From the NCBI GenBank assembly GCA_965238125.1, contig OZ250179.1, forward strand, positions 506,981 through 570,980: DNA of 64,000 bases, given 5' to 3'. Both the position numbers and the translations under genes were made by a program. This document shows positions 18,124 through 26,433 of this stretch, one piece after another (positions within the stretch are counted from its first letter, which is position 1; every line of letters begins with the position of its first letter). Source of the DNA: Bryobacterales bacterium (GTDB lineage Bacteria > Acidobacteriota > Terriglobia > Bryobacterales > UBA6623). The notes beneath the pieces are model-generated. The model searched no databases, had not been told where the DNA came from, and worked only from the letters and a program-made list of their open reading frames with translations.

Positions 18124-19182
18124 TCACTCTATCTTCTTGTATCTCAGCACGCCTCGGGAGCCGCCGACTTGGGCTCCGAAGACAAGCCCCCCGTACACCG
18201 CTACTCCTTCGGCGCCGCTTGTCACGATACTGAGCTTCGGCTTTGGGTCGGGGATAAAGGCCGTCACCTTCCCCGTCCGGGCATCGCCGATGTAGATGCC
18301 TCGCCCGAAGCCGGGGTTACGGGGTTTGCCGCTAGCGTCGGGATCGTAGCCGGAATCCGAGTCGGCGACGTAGATCGTGTCGTTCTCGTCGATGTAGATC
18401 CCGCTCGGCGACCCGAACTGAGTCCACGTCGCCAGGTGGTTGCCCGATTGGTCCAAGATTTGAATTCTCTGATTGGCTCGATCGCCGACAAAGATTCGAC
18501 CCTGTGAGTCCAGGGCCAGAGCATGAATCCCCTGAAACTCGCCGGGGCCGGCGCCTTTCTTGCCCCAAGCCTCGACAAATCGACCGTCTTTCGTGAACTT
18601 GACGAGGCGGTTGTTTCCGCCATGGCCGTGGTTATGGCCGTCGCCGACGACTATATGGCCGTCCGGCAAGACTAAGACATCGGAGGGACAGCTGAAACTA
18701 TTCTCTCCTTCGCCGGGCGTGCCCGCCGTGCCGAGTTTCATCAACGGCTTTCCGTCGGGGCTGAACTTGTGAACTTGATGGCCCTTGCCGTTTTCCCGGC
18801 CCGTCTCGCACGAGGTGTGAACCGCGTCGGTCACCCAGACGTTCCCTTGACGATCCACATGGATCCCATGGGGCCAAATGAACAATCCCGCCCCGAAGCT
18901 CCGGATCAATCCGCCCTTGCGGTCGAAGAGCATGATCGGGTCCAAATCGCTGTCCGTGCAACGGCCCTTGCCGCAGCGCTCAAAAACCCAGATTTTTTCG
19001 GTGAAATTCCCGTTGCTGTCGCGGTGGGGGTAGACGGCGCTTGTGGATCCCCACTCTCGCCCCTCGGGAAGTTCCCCCCATCGTTCGCCGCCGCCGTACG
19101 GATTCGGCGCATCGTTCTGGGCGGCGACAGGCGACCCGACGGCGATTAGCAGGAGCATCATCCCGACTGCGTCTTTTCTCAT
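18124..19182 (-). CDS. NHL-repeat six-bladed propeller, peptidyl-alpha-hydroxyglycine alpha-amidating lyase (PAL)-like
   Basis: Signal peptide MRKDAVGMMLLLIAVGSPVAAQ. The core IWPHGIHVDRQGNVWVTDAV..HQVHKFSPDGKPLMKLGTAGTPGEGENSFSCPSDVLVLPDGHIVVGDGH...RLVKFTKDGRFVEAWGKKGAGPGEFQGIHALALDSQGRIFVGDRANQRIQILD parallels the PAL catalytic core as I recall it (LPHGLSIDTDGNYWVTDVALHQVFKL...FCQPTDVAV...VSDGYCNSRIVQF...PGQFSVPHSLAL...VADRENGRIQCF). The ATG at 19182 overlaps the upstream stop (ATGA). Confidence 0.75.
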   Translation of the reverse strand: MRKDAVGMMLLLIAVGSPVAAQNDAPNPYGGGERWGELPEGREWGSTSAVYPHRDSNGNFTEKIWVFERCGKGRCTDSDLDPIMLFDRKGGLIRSFGAGLFIWPHGIHVDRQGNVWVTDAVHTSCETGRENGKGHQVHKFSPDGKPLMKLGTAGTPGEGENSFSCPSDVLVLPDGHIVVGDGHNHGHGGNNRLVKFTKDGRFVEAWGKKGAGPGEFQGIHALALDSQGRIFVGDRANQRIQILDQSGNHLATWTQFGSPSGIYIDENDTIYVADSDSGYDPDASGKPRNPGFGRGIYIGDARTGKVTAFIPDPKPKLSIVTSGAEGVAVYGGLVFGAQVGGSRGVLRYKKIE

Positions 19183-20822
19183 CACTCCCTCCCGCTCGAG
19201 GCGTTGGCCGCTCGTCGGTTCGCGTTCGCGAATCGTCGGAAGAAACTGTCCTCGCGCCATTGCGGCCGCTCGTCGCCGTTCGCGATTTCGGCGGCTAACC
19301 GCGCCATTAGGCGATTGAAAACGGCGGCGGCTTCGCGGTCCACGGGTTGGTCGAGGTCGTCGGAAGGCGCGTGGTAGCGGGTTCGCAGCCATTGCCGGCG
19401 CTGCTCGGCTTGTGGCATGTCCGCTTCAAACCCGAAGCCGAGAAACAGCGCCGGGATGCCCTTTTTAATGAAGTCATATTGGTCGCTGCGAATGAAAATA
19501 TTGTGTTCCGGCGTAGGGTCTTCTTGGACGCCGATGCCGATGTTCTCCGCCGCCGCCCGTAGACGATCACCCAGGTCCGACTCGCCGAGTCCATAGCCGC
19601 GCACCACCTCGAGCGGGAAAAGCGGCAGGAACATATCCAAGTTGATATTCGCGACGACATTGTTGATGTCCACCGTCGGCCGCGAGGCGTAGTAGCGCGA
19701 ACCGAGCAGACCCTTCTCCTCGCCGGTACAGGCCGGAAAGATCACCGACCGGCGCAAGCTCTGCGCTGATTCCTCAAGCAAACGGGCGGCTTCGAGCAGG
19801 GTGGCGATGCCGGAAGCGTTATCCATTGCGCCGTTGTAGATCGAGTCACCGTCGATCGGCTCACCGACGCCCATATGATCAAGATGGGCGGAGAGCAAAA
19901 CGTACTCGTTTTTCAGCTCCGGGTCGTCGCCGGGCCGGATGCCGATGACGTTGTCGGAGCTGAGCTTGGATTGCTCGATCACAACCTTGCCGCGAATCTT
20001 GCCGACGAGCGGAAACTTCGGCAAAGGCTTCTTTTCGCGGTCGAGCGCCGTCAGCTCTTCGAAAGTGTGGCCGTAGCCCGCGAGCAGCAAGTCCGCGTGT
20101 TCGGCATTAAAACGAACGCCGAGTTGAGAGGCGACGTTACGCGACAGCTGCGGGTCGCTGAGGTCCATTCCCGTGAAGCGGAACAGTTTTCTCATGCGCT
20201 CCCAAGGGATTTCGCTCAGCCGGGGATTTGGCAGGCCGACGGAGCCGATTGCGCCGACACGCCTGAAATTCTCACGCGCCTCATCGCCTGACTGGTAATA
20301 GGAGGCCAGGGGACCGGGAATGCCCGCGGGTGCTCCTTGCAGGCCGACGAGAATTTTTCCCTTGACGTCGAGCCCGCGAAAATCGTCGTAATCGTGCTCG
20401 GGAACCGTCAACCCATAACCGACGAAAACCATCTCGGCTTCAACCGTCTTGCCCGTTTCGCCGGAACGCCCGAGGACGGTGTGGCGGCCAATTTCGAGGG
20501 GGATGGTCCTGCCGTTGCGCAGCAGTTCGAGGCCGGAGTCTTCTTCGATAACGCGACGGGTTTCGAACTCGACCCGCTGTAGGTAGCCCTCGGTGCCGCC
20601 GGGTACGAGGCCGAACTTCTTATACTGCTCGGCGACGTACTGGGCGGCTTTGCGATGCCCCTCGCTGCCGGTGGCGCGGCCTTCCAATTCGTCGGAAGCC
20701 AGATAGGCGATGTGCTCCCACCAGCGATCCCCGGTCGGGGCCGGGCCGACGCCGGAAGCGCAGGAGCCCAGCGTGCCGGCAAGCGTGATGGAGAGTACCG
20801 AGGCTGTTGGTGACCGTCGCAT
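19182..20822 (-). CDS. M28-family aminopeptidase with PA domain (lipoprotein-like signal)
   Basis: 546-aa ORF: ...LGSCASG..., ASDELEGRATGSEGHRKAAQYV, NVIGIRPG...YVLLSAHLDHMG, NGAMDNASGIATLLE, FPACTGEEKGLLGS. Confidence 0.85.
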   Translation of the reverse strand: MRRSPTASVLSITLAGTLGSCASGVGPAPTGDRWWEHIAYLASDELEGRATGSEGHRKAAQYVAEQYKKFGLVPGGTEGYLQRVEFETRRVIEEDSGLELLRNGRTIPLEIGRHTVLGRSGETGKTVEAEMVFVGYGLTVPEHDYDDFRGLDVKGKILVGLQGAPAGIPGPLASYYQSGDEARENFRRVGAIGSVGLPNPRLSEIPWERMRKLFRFTGMDLSDPQLSRNVASQLGVRFNAEHADLLLAGYGHTFEELTALDREKKPLPKFPLVGKIRGKVVIEQSKLSSDNVIGIRPGDDPELKNEYVLLSAHLDHMGVGEPIDGDSIYNGAMDNASGIATLLEAARLLEESAQSLRRSVIFPACTGEEKGLLGSRYYASRPTVDINNVVANINLDMFLPLFPLEVVRGYGLGESDLGDRLRAAAENIGIGVQEDPTPEHNIFIRSDQYDFIKKGIPALFLGFGFEADMPQAEQRRQWLRTRYHAPSDDLDQPVDREAAAVFNRLMARLAAEIANGDERPQWREDSFFRRFANANRRAANASSGRE

Positions 20823-20970
20823 GGTGCTCTCTTCCAGCCACCCAGTCTACACCCGGGGTAACGGCCCCATCCCGGCCGGCCCTGAAGATGTTGCTATGTG
20901 GCCCACCGGTCGGGGTGTTTCAGGCGTTTTGACGCACTGGGGCTCCGCCTCGAGCGCGAGTCGCGTCGGG

Positions 20971-21002
20971 AACAAAACAGGCCCGGCGAAAATCGCCGGG
21001 CC
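20971..21002 (-). terminator. Rho-independent terminator candidate downstream of the PHM-like gene
   Basis: Perfect 9-bp stem GGCCCGGCG/CGCCGGGCC (20980-20988 and 20994-21002) with a 5-nt loop. On the minus strand it is followed by TGTTTTGTT (20971-20979). It lies 27 nt after the stop at 21029. Confidence 0.5.
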
Positions 21003-21028
21003 AAGTTGGAGTGGTTTCACGGGAAGTC

Positions 21029-22444
21029 TTACGTGCTTGAATCGGACCGGCTTTCCGCGTTACCCCCCGCCCTTGTCGGGGAACCCGCTTCGCTCGTCTC
21101 GCCGGCATCGGAATCCGGCTCTTCGCGAATCGGGTCCAGAATCCCTCTAGGGTCTTGATCGACGTCGACAACTATATTCACAAACCCGATCATCATTTCT
21201 TCCCAGCTTTGGTCGCCCCAACGCACTTCCCCGGAAGGATCGGGGTTGGCCGCGTTGTTCGGAGAGTTGTCGAACCAGGCGGTACATTCGATGCGCGTTC
21301 CCTTCGGCAGCGGGATCGGTTCCTTGAGCCGGTAAACGAGCTGCCAATTAAAGTCGTATCGCGGAACTCTCAGCAGGGTTTGGCGACGGCCGTCGGGGAA
21401 AACGGCGCGGTACTCGAAGGCCTTGCCGCGGTAGTGCATGTGCGGGCTCAACCCTTCGAGGATCACATCGCGAGACACGGTGGAAGCCGCCTCGACTTGG
21501 TAATTGGGGGCGTTTGGGGGGGATCACGAACTTGACGTTCGCCACCGCCCCGCTCAGGGCGCGCACCGCCGGCGGCTCGTCGGCGAAGACCAACCCGAGT
21601 GAAGGTTGGTCGGCGCCCGCGGTTCCCGTGGTCGTGTAATGCAGCTCAAAGACCAGGTCCGAGCCCGCCGGGATCAGTACCGCCCGGTCTCGAATTTCCC
21701 CTGTGTACTGCTCCGCCACGTTATAGCCGGGAACATAAGCGGCCATGAATTGCCGGAAGTCAAAACCCACGGATCCGCCCTGCTCCTCGGAGCCGATGTT
21801 GCGGGTCTCGCGGTCGGCGGTGAAGAACTCGCCCGCCGGGTAATCCTTGAGGAAATTCGACCCGGGCGGCCGCAGGGAGACGACCAAGTGATGGACGAGC
21901 GAGCGATTGGACGGCCGCAATTCCATCATGCGTACCCAGCGATCTTCAGGGAAGGGGTTCTTAACGATGTAGTAGGTGTATTCGACGACGCCGTCGGCGG
22001 GGACTTCATAGGTGGGAACGGTCATCACCTGGTCGGGTTCGATGTTCCAGCCGTCGACGAACGCCTGCGGCGGGGGCGCCTTCGTCGGGTCCCCCGCGGC
22101 GGACCCGGTCTCGGCCCAGGTCGACAGGACTTCTTGTTCTCGCGGGCTCATCGTGCGGTCGTTGTGGAACGCGGGCCCGACGCCTTGCTCGGCAAACCAC
22201 GGCGGCATCCGTTTGGTCAGAACCGCTTCGCGAATCGCCGCGGCCCAGGGGCGGGTTTCCTCGTACGTAAGGAACGACATCGGGCCGATCTCTCCCGGAC
22301 GGTGCAGCCTTGGCAGCGCTGCTGCAACACCGGCCTAGGGTGGAGCCGAAGGCGGAACCCTGGGTAGAATCTCCGCCCGGCCGAGCCCTGAAAGGGCCCC
22401 TGGGCACCCATTTTCATGGCGGTCCTATGAACCCGCGGATTCAT
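21029..22444 (-). pseudogene. Cytochrome c domain fused to a PHM/DBH-like copper type II monooxygenase, interrupted by at least two 1-nt frameshifts
   Basis: Track ORFs 22217..22444, 21348..22280 and 21029..21478 are consecutive parts in three frames. (1) ...PVLQQRCQGC|HRPGEIGPMSFLTYEETRPWA: the CxxCH is broken by a missing base near 22303. (2) ...SLVHHLVVSL is an HH copper site. (3) ...KFVIPP|NAPNYQVEAASTVSRDVILEGLSPHMHYRGKAF...YDFNWQ...WEEMMIGF is an HxH...M copper site. The second shift lies in the G7 homopolymer at 21516-21522. Confidence 0.65.
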
Positions 22445-22495
22445 GGAAACGGATTGTACGCTTTTTTCGTGTAGTCGGACCTACACCGCGGGCAA

Positions 22496-24040
22496 CTAGA
22501 ATTTCGCGGCCATCAGCGCCCGCAGCCGGCGCGCGCGGTCCGGGCCCCGCAGAGCCCGTAGGGCCTTGGCTTCGATCTGGCGAATACGTTCGCGCGTGAC
22601 CGTGAACTCCTGCCCGATTTCCTCGAGCGTGTGCTCCCGATCGCAACCAATGCCGAAACGCATGCGAATGACTTTCTCTTCCTTGGGAGACAAGGTCTTG
22701 AGAACATCGGCGGTTTCTTCGTGGACGCTCGAATCGACAACCGACTCGACCGGTGAGCGCACCCAGCGGTCCTCGAGTAGATCGCCCAGCGCCGACTCGC
22801 CGTCACGGCCGACCGGAGTTTCGAGCGACACCGGATCGCGCGAGATGGTCTTGAGCTTCTGAACCTTCTCGGCGGAGATTTCCATGCGGTCGCCGATTTC
22901 CTCATTGCTCGGCGTGCGCCCATTCTCCTTTTCAAGTTCACGCGACGCCCGCAAGAACTTGTTCATACTCTCGTTCATATGAACGGGAATACGAATCGTG
23001 CGTGATTGATCGGCGATGGCCCTGGTGATCGCCTGCCGGATCCACCAAGTGGCGTAGGTCGAAAACTTGTAGCCGCGCTGATATTCGAATTTCTCCGCGG
23101 CCCGCATCAGGCCGATATTGCCCTCTTGGATCAGATCCAACAGGTGCAGGCCGCGATTGACGTATTTCTTTGCCACCGAGACGACCAGCCGAAGATTGGC
23201 TTCCACCAGGGCTTTCTTGGCCCGCTCGGCCTCGTCTTCCCCGCGGTCCACCCGGCGCACCGTATTCTCTAGGTGAGCGTAGTCGACGCCGTACTTCTCT
23301 TCAGCCCGCCGCATTTCACGCCGCACTTCACGAATGGCGGCCGTGGTCTCCGAAGAGCGCGACTGACGGGACCTTTTCTGTAAGACTCTCAGCTCCCGCG
23401 CTAAGGGCTCGATTTCTATCTTGACGCGGCGGAGCCGCCGATCGTAGGTCTGCCAACTCGCCGGCCGGAAGGGGATTTCCTGGACAGCCAAGGAAAGCTT
23501 GATCCGTTGGCGGCTCAACTTCCAGTCAAGGCGCCGCCGAACATGCACGTTGCGTTTGGGCGTTTTCTCGAGTTTGATCGACGTATTGTAGGCCTGCTTG
23601 GCACAACGGGAAACCTTGGCGAATTTCTGCCGCAGTTGGTTTCGTTTCCGCGTGCGTTGCGGTGAACCCTCTTCGTAATCACCGATGACGCAAAGCGAGT
23701 CCACCAGACGGTCGCCCTTCTTGATTTCCTCGTAGTGGTCGAGAATGGCCTCGATAATGACGCGCGACCGCGTCAGTGAGCGATAGACCTGATGCTTGCC
23801 GCGTTCCATGCGGCGGGCCAAATCGACTTCGCCCTGGCGGGTTAATAACGGGACCGATCCCATCTCCCGCAAGTAAACGCGAACCGGGTCGTCCGTATAG
23901 ATGGCCGTGTCTTCCGTCGGCGTCGCGGTTTCCGCGCTGTCGGCGGAAGCGCCGTTTCTCGGTCTGACAAACGGAGACCCTTCTCGGAAAGGGGCAGCTA
24001 CATCCGCTGCTTCGATAAACTGCTCGTCAAATTGATCCAC
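22496..24040 (-). CDS. rpoD: RNA polymerase primary sigma factor (sigma-70)
   Basis: 514 aa: [29 protein letters not shown]; region 2 [63 protein letters not shown]; region 4 [27 protein letters not shown]. Confidence 0.95.
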   Translation of the reverse strand: MDQFDEQFIEAADVAAPFREGSPFVRPRNGASADSAETATPTEDTAIYTDDPVRVYLREMGSVPLLTRQGEVDLARRMERGKHQVYRSLTRSRVIIEAILDHYEEIKKGDRLVDSLCVIGDYEEGSPQRTRKRNQLRQKFAKVSRCAKQAYNTSIKLEKTPKRNVHVRRRLDWKLSRQRIKLSLAVQEIPFRPASWQTYDRRLRRVKIEIEPLARELRVLQKRSRQSRSSETTAAIREVRREMRRAEEKYGVDYAHLENTVRRVDRGEDEAERAKKALVEANLRLVVSVAKKYVNRGLHLLDLIQEGNIGLMRAAEKFEYQRGYKFSTYATWWIRQAITRAIADQSRTIRIPVHMNESMNKFLRASRELEKENGRTPSNEEIGDRMEISAEKVQKLKTISRDPVSLETPVGRDGESALGDLLEDRWVRSPVESVVDSSVHEETADVLKTLSPKEEKVIRMRFGIGCDREHTLEEIGQEFTVTRERIRQIEAKALRALRGPDRARRLRALMAAKF

Positions 24041-24321
24041 ACGACCTCCCGGATCTAGGGTTGGCTGCGGCGGAGCGATCCATTGCTGTTTCTGGTTTAG
24101 ACAATCGACCTATTCGGTTCCACGATACGTCGGCAGCCGAGTAGATCAAACAGGGCTTTCCTAATACACATGTTGCCGGGTCGCGCGGAATCGGCTGTTC
24201 CTGAGCAGGATGGATTCCCTGGACACCTCTTGGTCCGTTTGGGATTGGGTTGCCGACTCGCCGCCTCATGGACCCGGGTGAGAAAATACTTCCTCCGACT
24301 CACCCGTAGAGCTTTTCGTAT

Positions 24322-24352
24322 ATAGTATCTTTCAAAATCCCATTAATTGCAA
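24322..24352 (-). promoter_or_regulatory. Candidate sigma-70-type promoter in the AT-rich 430-bp region upstream of rpoD
   Basis: The minus strand reads TTGCAA (24352-24347), a 17-nt spacer, then GATACT, overlapping TACTAT. It is the only strongly AT-rich stretch between nrdR and rpoD. Sequence pattern only. Confidence 0.25.
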
Positions 24353-24473
24353 TAGGAAAATTCACACTAAAACGCGTGACGGTCATAGTACTAGAACTGT
24401 CGGCGTGAAAAGGAATGAGTTGGCTGGAAGAACGCTTTGCTTGGGCGTGCCAAGCCAACGCTATATCATTGAT

Positions 24474-24938
24474 TCAGTGAGACTTCCTTCCCTTGATGAG
24501 ATGAGTCAGCTCGGACAGGAATTCCTCTTCGTCTTGAAAGTCGCGGTAAACGGAGGCGAAACGGACATAGGCCACCTTGTCGATCTGCCTTAGCCGGTTC
24601 ATCAGCATCTCGCCCACCCGGGAAGTCGCGCATTCTCTCTCGGGCGAGTCCAAAACCAGCGATTCGGCGGCATTGACGAGGGTTTCCAATTGCCCCATCC
24701 CGACCGGGCGTTTCTCACAAGCTCGCAGCAGCCCGTTGAGAACCTTCTGGCGATCGAACTTTTCCCTACGGCCGTCCTTCTTGACGACCATGTAGGGGAT
24801 CTCGTCGATGCGCTCGTAGGTCGTAAAACGCTGTTGGCACTCGAGGCATTCACGACGCCTGCGGATCGAGTCGGCTTGCTTGCTCTCGCGGGAATCGACG
24901 ACTTTGTCGGACGAATGACCACAAAACGGACACAACAT
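24474..24938 (-). CDS. nrdR: Transcriptional repressor NrdR
   Basis: MLCPFCGHSSDKVVDSRESKQADSIRRRRECLECQQRFTTYERIDE...: zinc ribbon plus ATP-cone, 154 aa. The track ORF extends 50 codons upstream to 25088. Confidence 0.95.
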   Translation of the reverse strand: MLCPFCGHSSDKVVDSRESKQADSIRRRRECLECQQRFTTYERIDEIPYMVVKKDGRREKFDRQKVLNGLLRACEKRPVGMGQLETLVNAAESLVLDSPERECATSRVGEMLMNRLRQIDKVAYVRFASVYRDFQDEEEFLSELTHLIKGRKSH

Positions 24939-25307
24939 ATCTACCCTGCCGGCCAGTCTGAATACCGCATATTGTAGGGAGTAGGATAGCAGGACCCGCC
25001 CGAAAATCCCAAGCCGCTTGCCCGCGGCTGCGAAAGAAATGAAGTAGCAACCGGCGCTCGTGCCGGTCCTAGTCCACAGTGGAGACAAGCTCTCAACTTC
25101 TCCCGCCTCAACTCGCCCAATTGAAGTCTAAGGTCGAAGTCCGGCGCGCTGGTCGGCCGGCAGCCCGCGGCAAAAGTGTGTTCGGGCGAAAAAGGGGGAC
25201 TGCCATTCGATTTTCAGTCGTCGAACCGCTTTGTTTCCAACACCGATGGACGGCGAAAAACGGTGGCTGTACCCTTTTTTCGCGTCGGGGGATTTACACC
25301 ACGGGCG

Positions 25308-26423
25308 CTACCCCTCCTGGTATTCTTCCAGGGCGGCAAGCATCTGCGAGGCGTAGGCTTCGTTCTTGGGCGTGCCCTTCTTGGCCCCGTTATAGGCCTC
25401 GGCGAAATGGCTGAAATCCAATTCCTGTTGGGACCGCCGGGCGGCGTTCTTCCAGGCGCGATTGACCGCGATGGTTCGGCCCAGAGTGGCGATTTGGCGC
25501 GCCGGATCGTAGCTGCCCAAATCATCCAACGTGATGCCGGCGTTCCGCATCCGCGCCGAGACCGTGTGCCATCCCATCGTCTGGCCCCATCCCCAACTTG
25601 TTGCCAGCACGCGGCAATCCCTGGCGTTCCAGCTCCCGATCGTCAAAAGCGCCCGCCGGACCGCCTCCCTTGTATTCCTTCCCGCCATCGAAGAGGGAAG
25701 CCGCCGTGACAACAGCGTTTTCGAGCCATTGTCACCGGCGCGAATCGGAATGTTTTCGACTCCGCGGCGAAGCTCGGCGATCATCCCGGCGGCGGCTTCG
25801 GCAATCTCTGTCCCCGCCAACTCCGCGGCCATGTCGACAAGCGCCACGCCGTGATGCGATTCGAATTTCGGCAGATTGCGTGCCCCCCCGTTGCTCTCCA
25901 CCCAAGTGATGGCGGCTATCACCGCTTCGTCGACCTCGGCCGCCGCGGCGGCCTCGATGACGCTTTCACGAAAGTCTTGCTTGAATTCCGAGATCCCCAA
26001 GCGGGCGGCGCCGTCCAATACCTCGCAAAGTCGGCGTTGTTCTTCCTCGGGGAGCGACTCAACCCGCGCGGAACTCTGCGCATCGAGGCGTCGCGCGTCA
26101 CCCGCGTCGAGGCGGCCGCTGGGGTCGAGGCCGTTTTCCTGCTGAAACTGCCGCAGACCCCTTTCCGTCCCGCCGCCGAAATCGCCGTCAATGAGCGCCG
26201 AGCCGTCGCCAAAACCGGAGGATTTCGAAGTCGTGAATCCCTGGCAGATGAGCAGGCGCTGCAGCAGTTTGACGGCTTCTCGGTTCCCCTCGCCGCGAGC
26301 CAGCGGCCGCCCGTCCAGTAATTCCCGCCAGCGCGGCGCCGCGCTCTCCACTTTTACGACGCGGCGGTTGCTCCCTGCCAACGCCGGGTCCCCGGTGAAG
26401 ACCGGTTGGTCGAAGACGGACAT
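25308..26423 (-). CDS. Peptidoglycan-binding domain plus N-acetylmuramidase (DUF3380-type) protein, endolysin-like
   Basis: 371 aa. N-terminal PG_binding_1-like region: AVKLLQRLLICQGF...IDGDFGGGTERGLRQFQQENGLDPSGRLD. C-terminal region: ...VESNGGARNLPKFESHHGV...SWGWGQTMGWH...FAEAYNGAKKGTPKNEAYASQM. Confidence 0.7.
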   Translation of the reverse strand: MSVFDQPVFTGDPALAGSNRRVVKVESAAPRWRELLDGRPLARGEGNREAVKLLQRLLICQGFTTSKSSGFGDGSALIDGDFGGGTERGLRQFQQENGLDPSGRLDAGDARRLDAQSSARVESLPEEEQRRLCEVLDGAARLGISEFKQDFRESVIEAAAAAEVDEAVIAAITWVESNGGARNLPKFESHHGVALVDMAAELAGTEIAEAAAGMIAELRRGVENIPIRAGDNGSKTLLSRRLPSSMAGRNTREAVRRALLTIGSWNARDCRVLATSWGWGQTMGWHTVSARMRNAGITLDDLGSYDPARQIATLGRTIAVNRAWKNAARRSQQELDFSHFAEAYNGAKKGTPKNEAYASQMLAALEEYQEG

Positions 26424-26433
26424 AATGACTCCA

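Noticed and set aside
24041-25307. Scanned the long intergenic regions around nrdR and rpoD, and other intergenic gaps, for tRNA, riboswitch or small RNA genes.
   Set aside because: No cloverleaf-compatible sequence or known riboswitch core was recognised by eye. A covariance-model scan (tRNAscan-SE, Infernal/Rfam) would be needed to exclude them.
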